Source of the DNA: Phoronis australis
Taxonomy: Eukaryota > Animalia > Phoronida
Assembly (NCBI GenBank): GCA_002633005.1
Contig: NMRA01000739.1
Coordinates: 62,001 to 126,000 of the forward strand
Direction: 5' to 3'
DNA length: 64,000 nt
This document shows positions 39,591 through 52,077 of this stretch, one piece after another. Positions within the stretch are counted from its first letter, which is position 1; the number at the start of each line of letters is the position of its first letter. Below the pieces are notes generated by a model, which was not told where the DNA came from, ran no database searches, and worked only from the letters and a program-made list of their open reading frames with translations. The translations under genes were made by a program, and so were the position numbers.

Positions 39591-42500
39591 GATTACACTA
39601 CATCGTTATTGACAAGGAAAGCCTTGAATCATGGAGTGGAGGCCTTATCTGTCGTACTAGAGTCTCAGGGGAACTGTTAAAAGGATGATTGAATAACACA
39701 AGAGACCAAGTTTTTGATGACCTCACTACAACGATCGGTAGGCCTAACCATCCAGTTTTAATGAAGTGTCTTTGGCAAAAGTGCACCCCTTGCTGCTCAG
39801 AATAGTAGAAAACATACCCTTACCCTAAACGCTTGTGCACATCACATGTCGAAATCCCGAAAAAGATCACGCTCACGGGCTTGCACAGATTTTGGGTGGT
39901 GCCCCCTTTGGATTTAAAACTGACTTAATTGTCTCCAATTCTCAAGTTGCATCTGCATTTCGCCATGTTTAGATGGATAACCCCAAAATCTTCTGAAAAT
40001 TTTTCTTGAGTAGTTGGTGGTTTCGATGCTCTTGTTTGTAATGGACACAACACCCTGAACACGGCAAGGAATATTACGAGACCGATTTTGTAAGTCTAAA
40101 AGGCGTCATAATCTGAAGGTTGTTGTTAGTCAGCTACATGAACAGAACGAAATGCAGTTTTAATTAAAAGAGGTATAATTTTGTTATTCAGCGACAACAT
40201 GTTCATGAGTACTATGTAATTGCAAAATTCGGAATATGATGTTATGCTCGATTATATATCAACTTTGCACGAATACATACACTTTGTCAACGAATTTCAT
40301 CTCCTATAATGAACTTGTTAATCATTTCTTCACAAAACACAAAGGTCGAGCCAGTTTTAAGATTACCGAATCAAAATCTCCAAATTTGTATTGAAACACC
40401 CTGCAACTAATAGCATGGGAAATATCAATTTTAGGTTACTAATCGAACGTAAATTCTTACCTGTATATGATGCCCGATCACTTGCGTTCTCTGACAAAAC
40501 TCGGTTAGGTAACGTTTGGGAGGTCATAGTTTCTTGAAAACGACATCACAAACATTGTTAGTTTACTCTTGGTAGGTTCACTAATTGACAGAATTTTTAA
40601 GGTTTTGAACGTACATGTATAGCTATGTACTGTGAAAATAAAAATGCAATACCAACGTGAAATACATGTAGGTAGAAATTATTAGATTGAAGTCATTCAT
40701 AATTTCTCATTGACGTTTACTGCAAAGAATGCTGGGCAATCGTGCTTGTAACTTAGGTAAAAATTACCTTTTTTTAAATATGCTGCGTCTATAACAGCAA
40801 CTTCTTTTCAAACAGACAAGAAAGCTTTATCGTAAACATACGCACTACAGCTTAAATCTGGCGTTAATTCAATAGAAGAGAAAATTGTCATCCAAAATTA
40901 CTTTCAAGATAATTACCGGGCGTTTTTGATTAGACACACAATTATTTATGTATACCCAATAGAGTCCTAATTCAATTGTTCACGTCTCTGGCGTTCCCTT
41001 GCAATTTTCCGTGCGTTTGGTAAAAGTTTAAAACTAATTTGGGTTCTTAATATTTAATGACCTTGACTGATTGCTAGCGAAAATGAGGAAATTGCGTTAA
41101 CTGTGCGCGAAAAATATTTCTCCTAAGAGCATATGTTTTCTGCTTTATAGGTTATACATGTATTTCTTTTTCATATTTTTGATAAATCTGAAGTGTTGTC
41201 AGAGTGTGTTCTGAAGCACGAATAGAAAATGGGCAGAATTTAAGTCAACACTTCCTTGTTGTTTATACCCATTGAACTTCAATTTGTGGTCGTTATTTTG
41301 CAGAAAAAGTCACTTCTTGAATTACTTAAAAATTTAATTACTGCCCGCCCCATCAATCCGCGACCATCTGTTTTGCAATGCCTTATTCAACTTCTCCCGC
41401 AACCTAATGAGTGGTTAATTGTCGTCAGAATTAAAAGCCTGATTATCCCCGATTAATTGTCTCAAAATACTTATGAGTAATCCCAAGCGATAGACACGTA
41501 CGAATACACTAAATAGATATGACGTCAACAATGCAATCAACTACCGGCAAAAAGGACAACTTAAAATAAATTCCCAAGTTCACCTAATATTTATGATTAC
41601 TCAAGTGCCTGTCGTACGATACTTTTGCATTAAATTTTCATTTTCGAACAAAAAATCTGAACTCCCAGGAAAACAACTCTGCTTAGAGTGGTGAATTATT
41701 GCTAATTGCTTATAATGGACAATTTTACAATGGCTTAAACAAAAAATTTCTTTTTATCATGAAAAAACCTGTTGTTTTTGCCAAATTTTGTGTACTATTT
41801 GTAGTTAATATCACTGCTCATTAGCTATACAACAATGATGATCGTGCGACTGCTTTTTTACGAAAATATTGAGATAAAATTGTTACGACTTTTCAAAGCT
41901 CACTATCGGGTGTTAAGCTGACAATTCATCAAAAACTAATATAATAATTGAATTAAACCAAAAAGAAATAGTTAGTCGTAAATTAATGTGGACCAACAGA
42001 CGACAGAATCTAATTAATTAATATCGAAATAGACACTTGCGTTAATCACTCGTGAATAAGCGAGCAAAACGACGGTGGTGCTGAAAAAAAACCCGCGTCC
42101 TTTAGTAAACGAGATGATCTAGGTGGTTTATGTACATACACTGTACGTACACGTGTAAGTTAACCCCGGAGATCCTTAGAAATGGACCGAACCATTGATT
42201 TCTTCCAATGAACGACGATGTTTGCTTCAACCCTAATAACTATTTCCCGTTTAGTTCGCATTCCAGACGATACCGATTTTCAGAGGCCTTGTTTCAATCA
42301 CTCTTTTGTTAATCGCCGGGCTCATTTTTGTCCGATGTCCCGACGTAAACGTCATTTATAAACGAGCTAACTGAATACATTATGTAAACACACATGGACT
42401 CAAAACTATTGCCAATACTTTACGGTAAACAAATAAAAACCCACTGCAGCCTTTGGGAAGATTTTTATCGTATTTTTCCTGCGAAAGAATGGTTCAACGC

Positions 42501-43178
42501 TAACTTGTCGCAAAGAATTCAATTTCAGAAGCCAAATACGTTAAAACTTACCAGTTTCTGTCCTTGATGTCTCAGTTTATTTCAGCCAGTATTTTACTGC
42601 AGTGAAGACATCGCTAATGCGATAATGGGCCTGTACAACACCACGGGAGTTTGGATCAACTGTCGAGACGTAAAGGGCGAACGGCGACAACGGTTCTCCT
42701 CGGTTGATGAAGCATTGTTCAGCTATAGGATACCACTGAACGGCCCGGTTTCCTAATGTAGCATTGTTTTACGGCTGTATCGGCAAAACTGCGAACCATA
42801 GGCAATAACATTGTGTTTCTGTAATTAAGACAGTGTCTTTTTTGTACAGCAGTTGTAAATAACATGATTATGATCTACATCAAGTATCTGTAATATTTTT
42901 CTCCTGTTTACAAGTTTAGTCTCCTCCTGCGAGTATTCGGTGTTTAGTTCGTAAAAAATGGTTTAGACAAGATTGAGTAGAATTCGTTACTAATTCTAAA
43001 CAACTTTATTCTCCGTGCAGAATGGCTGGTTCTGGTTTTAGGCCAAATAAAGACAACAAACCAAATAACACTTTCTAACTGTCATTCTCTCTTGTTTGAT
43101 TGTTCTCCAGTGTTCTCCTTTTAGATGTCAGGTTTCCTACTGACGAAGTTTGGAGCAAAGAAACTAAGCGTCTGAATT

Positions 43179-43472
43179 TTGTATAAAGTATACATTTGGC
43201 TAAGTGATGTTTACTTGTATAAAGTATACCTTTAGCTAAGTGATGTTTACTTGTATAAAATATACCTTTAGCTAAGTGATGTTTACTTGTATAAAGTATA
43301 CCTTTGGCAAAGTGATGTTTACTTGTATAAAGTATACCTTTGGCTAAGTGATGTTTACTTGTATAAAGTATACCTTTGGCTAAGTGATGTTTACTTGTAT
43401 AAAGTATACATGTACCTTTGTCTAAGTGATGTTTACTTGTATAAAGTATACCTTTGGCTAAGTGATGTTTAT
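43179..43472. repeat. 36-bp tandem repeat x8 (TTGTATAAAGTATACCTTTGGCTAAGTGATGTTTAC); one unit carries a 6-bp insertion
   Basis: TGTTTA recurs at 43208, 43244, 43280, 43316, 43352, 43388, 43430 and 43466. Confidence 0.96.
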
Positions 43473-46400
43473 TTGTTTTCTGTCTTAGAAATGAAATTAC
43501 TTTCTTCAGCGTGTATTATACACTTCGACATTCTATGATTTTGTTTGTAACCATGGTCGCATTAACGGTTACGTTTATAATGGTTTTGAGTGCTCAGTTG
43601 TGTCGGGTAAGAAAATCTTTAATATTACGATGTCTTGGAAATATTAAATGTATTGCGTTTTGGCTCCACTAATGCTTAGAACGTAGCCGATTTTACATTG
43701 TTTCTCTCCACGTAAGCTTGAATGAACAACTGAGTTCATTTAAGAAAGAATACACGAAAAAGACGTAATTTTAAACAAAATAATAATTTTATTTCTTGAT
43801 ATTTTTGAAAAATGGTAACGAGAGGTGGAGACGCTGATTGTTTTTCAGTATTTCTTTTTAAAATGGTCGTTTAAGGTTTTATTTTGTAGCTAATTTCAAG
43901 CATGAACGAAACTGGACAAAAAGCAAAGAAAATCACGTGAAGTCGATCATTTTTATAAAATGTTTTTCACTTTTCAATAAGTCATTTTTATGTTATTTTT
44001 CAAAACCTGATGCTGCTGTTCTCTGAAACGTCTGTATAGTGATAATTTTTACTAAATAAATTAACATTATAACTGTGATCCTTTTACTTTCGTTTTGAGA
44101 TTTGGTAAATAGGCGATATTCCGTCACAATTTCACAACCACATCAAAAAATAAAGCTAAATAAAATCCTTCGCACTCATTCGAAGTTGTATTAGATTTCA
44201 AATTTTGTAATTTCGTAAAATTTGACTGACTGGATACAAGGTTTACAAAGTCAAGCGCTCGTTTTGTCACCACCGTGACATTATGATTACAAGCGTCGAG
44301 TTGTGCAGAAAGCCTGCGTTATTTGTGGCAGGCCCGTAGCAAGGGTTTCCGGGGGGTGGGTCGATCGAACTCCCGCCCGCGAAAATGGTCCAGCCCAAGC
44401 ATACATGATATATTTGAACACTGACGACAACAAAAGTGTTGTAGCTTTTACTGGTATTACTAACTGCAATAATAATCAAGTTGGGACTAATTTCGAATTC
44501 GCTGCTGGTCCAAAGCGCTTTGCGTAATCACTTCGGCTTGCCACCCGGCAATTTCGCCAAATGGCCAGATATGTGCGCAGATGACAGAATTGGGCTGACG
44601 ATTAGAGGATATGCTGTGTGTTCTTGAGCCACCGACAATCACGTTGAACGTGCGTGGTGACTACACCATAGGGTAACAAGTACCTAGAACTAAATGTCTA
44701 TACGTTCATAGTAGCGAGAGCTCCCAAAAAGTATTATGCGAATGCCTTAAAATCGATTTATCAACAAAACAGTTGAAAATAGGTTTGTTATTTGCTATTT
44801 AGATTTAATGACGTGAAGTGCAGTTTTCTTAGAATTAAAAGTTATCATCGAGTATGTTGTCCATCCCTTGCACTCTTTGGTTGTGAATTGGTGGAATAAC
44901 ACGCATGTGTTGTGTGCTTTTTCATTTTTTTTTAATTCAGTTCACGTAACTTCAATAGGCAGTCCTCTGTCGTTCCTCCAAAAGCAGACATTTCACTACC
45001 GTGTGTATTAACACAGAGAGAATCCCGCCGACGAGCACATTCATTGTGGGTTTAATAAAAAACCTAATGGCGCACGGCCTCGCCGACTTAGACACTGTAC
45101 GAGCAGCAAACTTGACGCTAGAGATTTACAAGGTTACTTGCAACTACTCTACGTTTCAATACTCATAAGGTTTATTGCCCGAAGGTCCACTGATCCGAAT
45201 GTTATTATTCCGAAACCAGGTTCACAACTCCGACTGTTTACTATTCTGAGTGAGTGCTAATGAGACGGAAATAACGTGCATAAAATGTTGTATTTGTGAT
45301 CATTTAGTAACCATTTAAAGGGTGTGCAAAAGTTGAACGTTGATTGCTTTGTGTGCCTACATGTATAAGACGACCTATTCTCAAACAAGGGAAATCTGGG
45401 AGACGGGGAACTTTTTATTATCATTTCACAGCTGCGGCGACTAACGGACGGCTTTAAATTTGACAACACACGATGTGACTCTCTGACTTAGTAAAGACTG
45501 GCACGGATAGAGTACCCTACTGCTTTTACTTTGACACGGTCATACGCGTATGGTAGTTCCAGTGCGGTGGGTGAGGTAGCGGGTATACTTTTCAGCCGTG
45601 CTTGACATGGTTTTGTTAATGCATCGTGGTTGATAATTCATCAATATTCCTGTTCCATACTGTTTTGAAAATTCCAAGTACGTATCAGTTTCTTCGTATT
45701 CATAACACATGCTTTGTAGCCCAATTTTGCATGCCCAAGAAATCCAAACATTGTGTACTATTACCCGGGCGTTGTTTCGGTATACATGTGGGTACACCGG
45801 TTACTGAGTCCAACAGCCGAAATATTGTCTAGTTTTACAAATAGAAGTATAAAAATTACGCCTCAGTCCGAAATTCCATATGTTTTCGGAGATGTGAGCT
45901 TTCGGAGTAGTGAACTGTTCCCCCGCTAGAAGCAATTCAAACAACACTGCACAGAATTACATCTACATGTACCAGCCTGACAAAATTTTCATCAAGTTAT
46001 TCTCTGGTAGATTCAGTTTCATTTTTTCACAAAAGTACCGATGAAAAATCAGGAACCAAGACGAAAAAGAAATTGCAATATAGTCAACAATTCAAAAATT
46101 CAGTGTTAATTTCGCCGGGGCCATTTTTCTGTAAGTATTTTTTCCTTTTTAGATAGCATGGGTTTACATGTGGGCAAACATAATTCGATTTTGATATTTG
46201 ATCCTGTACGCGTTTTTTACGTAGGCCTACAATATGGACAAGAAAAGTGCAGACGGTAGTGGCTTAATCGAAGTCTCGTCATTCCTTAAGAGCCTGCGAG
46301 ACAACGACTACATACATGTAACGTGACTAATTTCAAACATTGCCTGTTACGAAAGTAAATAGGATATTGTTTTCCATATTCCAATTAGCTTTTTGGAAAT

Positions 46401-46930
46401 AATGGGATCGTTAGTAAGTCTGGTTTTACGGCATCTACAGTACTTAAATCATGCTTTTGAAATTGGCAAAGATGTCTTTAGTCTTCACATTTTGGAGATA
46501 TTTAGCAAAATAGTTCTGTGCCAAATAAGTGAGGATTTATGGTACGCAAATTCTATGATCAACATGTATTGTATTTACAAAGGATTCAAATTACAGAGCC
46601 ATCTTGACGTTTTTTTTGTCAGTCAGACCAGCAATTATGAATAATAGATGATTAGAAGCGCTCTTCGTCGAAAACATAATTGACCTGTTCAAGTTATTAA
46701 ACATGTTGCCTGTCATGCGTGAACTCTCTGAGCGCAATAACGAGAACCCTAATTGTCAGATTGTGTTCTGGGTCAGCAAAGACACCGTGTAAGTGGAAGA
46801 AAATCAATTTGATATGACTTTCAAACAGTTTGCTTTTATCGGAAATTCACTCCGATTGACACCGATGCGCACTGACTTACTGACATCTTTCGGCTGAATC
46901 ACAAACCTTTAGACAATGGCGCGCTATATA

Positions 46931-47005
46931 CATGGGTGGCGCACCATAGGGGGCTTGCGGGAAGGGCTATAGTCCCCACTTATTTCATGTGCTGGACCGC
47001 GCATG
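46931..47005 (-). mobile_element. Mini-MITE family D copy with 5-bp TSD (ATATA)
   Basis: atata|catgggtggcgcacc ... ccgcgcatg|atata. Confidence 0.7.
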
Positions 47006-47459
47006 ATATAGTATCATAGACTATAGTCTATAATCTATGTTAGCATCATACCATCCGCACAATCAACGAGACATCCTCGCCGCAAACCATTGAACCTGAA
47101 TCCTGCATACTTGTCACAGGATCATTTGCACATACATATATCAGATTGTTCAAGGCTAATTCGTGGGATTGGTAGATGTCATCTGATCATATAAGGGTTG
47201 CGGTACAACACTGAAAGTCGTACACTAAGAGGTGTAATTTAATTGACAACGCCTCCGTAAAAATGGCCTATTTAGGGCACGTATTGTTATAAATGAGGCC
47301 AAAGGGCATTTGCCGTTATAGTATACAGGACCTCACCTTGTTTCTTTACTCAGATTTGAGATGAGTCTGAGCTCGTACGTAAATAACTGACAGACTTGTA
47401 ATGGAAATTTATGCTACAATAAGTATTATAACCGTAATTTCTATTTTGATAGTTTATGT

Positions 47460-47640
47460 TATTACTAATACCATTATTATTATTGTTATTATTGTGATCA
47501 TCATCGTCGTCATCATCATCATCATCATCATCATCATCAACACTTTTTTCAGTGCTTTGCCGCCCATGGTCTATGAACGGTGCACCTCAGGGGTACTGGG
47601 GGCGTTAGCCCCCCCACTTTTTCAGTGCTGCGCCGCCCCT
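47460..47640. repeat. (ATT)/(ATC)n tract followed by inverted family D fragments (47541-47640)
   Basis: Read directly; cacttttt(t)cagtgct core occurs twice. Confidence 0.7.
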
Positions 47641-47743
47641 GCGAGTTCCCGTGGGTCGACAAGTGCGAACTGAATTGTTTGTCAATCTTTCAATAGATGT
47701 CTCTGGGCATACTATTTCTATTTCACCCAACAGATGCCGCTCA

Positions 47744-47984
47744 TATAAAAAGTAATGGCGGACTCAGGCGAAACTTTCAAGACTTTGTGTTGAACGGTTT
47801 GTGTTGAGTTTTGTGTGGCATGAACTGTGACCGAATCTCGAAATTAAAAACACGAGTTGCTTCCAGAGCAGACATTGATATTGAACTGTAGACGAGTTCG
47901 GTGTCGTGAGAGTGTGTTAACAGCTTAAAAAATCTGTGTAGTGCAAGTCAAGTGACTGTTTGTTTTGTTGACGTCTTGCGTACA
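47744..47984 (+). promoter_or_regulatory. Candidate TATA box and non-coding first exon of the FIP-like gene
   Basis: TATAAAA at 47744-47750 and donor gtaagt at 47985. The first coding exon is preceded by an acceptor (51835), so an upstream UTR exon is expected. The link is inferred. Confidence 0.35.
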
Positions 47985-49671
47985 GTAAGTTGGATAGGTG
48001 GTTCCCTCTAACTCCAAATCTACTCATCAGATATAACCAAAAGATACCTCATTTGATTCGTTTATCATTAATCTCCACCCATGCGAAGACAAATTTCAGG
48101 TGCAATGTCGTCTCCTCTTGATATTTAGACTCAAATACAAGATCCTAAAATGGACTGACAGCCATTATTTACTAGCCCATTAATTTCATCAACATTTTAT
48201 CCCTATTAGTCTCTTGTGTTTTTCAAATCCATATCCTCTCATTATCACCACATTTCATTGGAATAATTGAACGTGAAGACTGTGGCCTATAGTAGACAGT
48301 TATGTCCATCTCTAAGCTGACTCCAGGGGGAGCTTCATATGCTGGAAGCTTTTCTGTGAATTATGCTCATGCACTGATTAGAACATCAAATTATAGTGCT
48401 GTGAATTGAACCCGTAACTTGCTTTGTGCTTCATGTTGTGATAAATGAATGCAATTGTGCTTTGCTAACACTGTGAATTGTACCCAGTGACAATACTTTG
48501 TGAAGTTCGTGTGCCCTTGGACCACCTAATATTGTTGTCCAGGATATCAAAATTACAGTGCAGCTGTGGATTGAAACAGTACTTTGCTTTGTTCTTCATA
48601 TCATAAATACAATTGTGCTCACGCTGTGTATTATTACCAGTTACCCAGGTCCCAGACCTTAATCTTTAAGTTCTTGTGCTCTGCTATCTTTTGCATCTTT
48701 CATGCATTAATTGTCCCTGGACATAACTGCTAAATATTGATGCTTTTTGCCTACATTTGTGATCGTTCCCTATCATTACTGGAGATTTGATCGTGTACTT
48801 ACATGGACTTCTACCCATCCTGGCTGAATATTTAGACGTTCCAAGAATCCTTGCCAACATCACCAAATAAGATTACTAGTACTCTCAATCAAATGAATGG
48901 CATTAATGAGCACCTGATATTGTCATATCCGACCAATCCAAAGTATACTAGCCTGCATTCCCTCATGAAGAGTTTTATATGGTACTGTCTGAGAGAGGTA
49001 CCTGACTCTAATTCTCTAAAAGGCATGCTACCTATAGTACTCCAATAATGAAAGGCTATATCATTTAAAATGAGCTGGATAAGAGCGACCCTCTTTCAAT
49101 CATAGTGTCTACTTCTTTAAATAAAATTTTTCATGATTTCACAAAAATAGGAAAAGAGAGTCATCTGATTCCATCATTGGGGCGCCATCTGTGAGGGGTC
49201 ATGCAAGAAAAATGTTGCATCAGGGAGCTCCTTCCAAATATTAGGATTTATATCAAATGATATCCAGTTTGCCCAAAGCAGGAAATGAAAGATACCATCA
49301 CCCCTCACCTTAGCGAGTTCCCTGGAGAAATGGGACTTTGTATTTCCTTAAAAACTGTCTTCTGGAATTCAGAAATCTGAATCAATATGCCCTGGAATGT
49401 CTGTGCATAACAACTTGTGTCATGTTTTGTATGAACAAGAGCACATTTAAGGTGAGGTAGATGATCTATGCTGCAAGTTTTGTTTGTTTAGTGAGACACC
49501 CTAACTGAAAGTTCATGACTAGGCACCCCCTATCAGTAAATCCAGCATATATGCAAGTAATTCTTAAACCAGTGTAGAAATGTATATCGCAAACATTTTT
49601 AAGTCTGGTCTGCATGCCACCTGTTAGCCTCAACAAGTGACCTAATGAATAAAAGTGAGAAGATTTCTTCC

Positions 49672-49733
49672 GCAACCGGGACTCAACACGGGACTCGGAG
49701 ACGGTCTAGTCCACTGAGCCATTGGGACCACTG
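49672..49733 (-). mobile_element. Degenerate tRNA-derived SINE head
   Basis: Minus-strand A-box-like TGGCTCAGTGG and B-box-like GTGTTGAGTCCC; no complete cloverleaf. Confidence 0.3.
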
Positions 49734-51855
49734 GTCGAATGCAGAAATCCAATCACACTTAGTAGTGGGCATCTTGCCCTTGAATTCCTGATTGTATATA
49801 ATTAGGTAATTCTTAAACCAGTGTGGCAGTGTATATCGTAAACATAAAAATGTTGGCAATAAATCCAGCACACCTTCCTGTGCTCATCGCTCGAATGTTT
49901 CATCTTCATGCCTGCAAATGATTGAGGAAAACACTCACTCCTGATCATCTCCCTATATTTCCTACATGTTTGCACAATGAGAGACTGTCCCCAACCGCAT
50001 GAATGGGGGCCCTAAACTTCCACTCAGGCCTTTAAGCAGGGTATGTCCTAGCACTAATCTGGACGCTCTGACAAGAACGTCCATTGTATCATGTGTATGG
50101 CCCACAGTCAATCGGAACCTTTCAAGTTTGGACACACACACATTGTAATGATTAATAGGAAACCTAGGCGCATAGCTGTAGGGAGAAGTGAGCTCACAGT
50201 GGTGGCTCTTTTTTAAAGCAGGAAGAAATATTCAGTTGTATGCAAAGTACATATACAATGTTGCTGTGTTCAAACTAGGTTGAAAGCATTGAGTATCCAA
50301 CACCTTTCAAGTATTAGCACATGTTTGTTTGTCAAAGGTTCTTCCACTGCTGGCTATGCTCCCAGTGGTCTTAGCTCCACATGACAGTACTATATGTATA
50401 TAGGGTTCATACTTTAGTGTAACTCCAAACTGGTGTTTCAGAGATGTAATTTCTCAATTTTCATCTTTTGAAAAACACCAAAAGCGAAATAAATGTCATT
50501 ATTTTAATACAATATTGTGCCACAAAAATATGCCCAGTTAAATTTTTTGAGTTTGCGCCGGTTTCATGATTTTCAATGTATGTTTTAAGGTTTTAATATT
50601 GAACAAAAGTGCCACCTGTTGCCAAAATATAAATCACACATCATACATGTGCATTTTTCTTGTTTTCTAACTGCAGCTCTGATGACTCATTTTACAGAAT
50701 ATTAAAACTAATAAAAATGATATGACAAACTTTATAACATTGACTCCAGATCACTAAAAACATAGTGCACTCATTGTTTAACCAATATCTTTTTGTTTGG
50801 TAAGCTACTTGGCTGTTTGTGTAAATTTAGGTGTAAAAGTTTTGGTCAACAGAGTTTTTTAGTAAAAAAAGCTCACTACACTGTTTTGTAAACTTAGATG
50901 TAAAAAGTTTGATCTATGCATTTTTTTTGTAAAAAACCCTTAGTCTGTGTGTGGGGGGGACTGCTGGTGAGCAGTCGTGGGGGTGGGGAGGTTACACGTT
51001 ATTGAAATCATGGACGCCCTGGAATATTGGGAACCCCATTTTGGACACCCTATTTTCGAAATTCTGGATAAAGGCCTGCCTCCACCCCTCAAGTTTTCAA
51101 GTATTCAGGTTAGATAACCTGAATTCTCCATTGGTCAGTGACTCCATTTAGGTCAGGTATTAACCTTAATCCTTCAGTACCTGTGTACCTTGACCCTATA
51201 CCAGATTCAGGTGTTGGAGTTAATACCTGTTGCTTTGTTTGTTTTTGTATTATCTTGTTGGCCCATATCACTTGGTATAAATCACATTGGTGAGTTTTCT
51301 TGTTGTGTTAAAATTCTGGCACTTTTTGAATACCATTTATTTGACTCCAACAGCACAGTTTTCATGTACCTTACTGGTCTATGTTTGGCTTATTTCCCAC
51401 CCTTTGAAATTTCCATATTTTTACATTCAAATGCCCAATTTCTACAATTGAAAATGTCTGTGTCTCATTTTGAGCCAATTTTAGTTCCCAAATGTACAAA
51501 CCTTTCTTACTTTTGAGTCACGGTCAGCATCAACACCTTTTTGACGTACAGTAAGTAAGTACAGGGTCAGTCTCTACTTTTATTTGACTCTTGCATTTTT
51601 GCATGCGGTTCTCAAGAATGTAGTTCTGTGGCATTTATCCGAATTGGCCGTTGGAGTTAATGCGGGTCCCCAACTTCTCAAAAATTGAATTGCCTATTCA
51701 CGACGCCCACCTATCTGATTTTTAGTTTGGAAATTTAGCACTTAGCGTCCTGGGTATTTACTTAGTATTGGATGAGTATTATAAAAGTTTGAAACGAAGC
51801 TCATTTTGTTGTTTTCAGTTTACTTTCTCTGACAGGGCTTCAATGACGTACCATC

Positions 51856-51883
51856 ATGGAACCTGAGGAGATAACAGTTATTG
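51856..51883 (+). CDS. C2-IPT-FIP-RBD protein (class I Rab11-FIP-like), coding exon 1 of 6 (MEPEEITVI)
   Basis: Acceptor ttctctgacag at 51835, Kozak-like atcATGg, donor gtaaga at 51884. Phase 1; supplies the first C2 strand (compare P.HVQVTV of class I FIPs). Confidence 0.75.
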
Positions 51884-52077
51884 GTAAGAATGGGTGAATT
51901 TACTGATACTACATGTACATGTTGGTGTTGTCGAACCTCTCTGTTAAAGGTGCAGTAAGTCTGACTGAGGCCAGTTGCTTGTAGGTTTATAAGTCGAACA
52001 CACTATGTACTCAGATTAAGAATGGTTTCCAGATTCATAAAACCACTCGGCTGTTCAATTTATTCAGCCAGATATGC

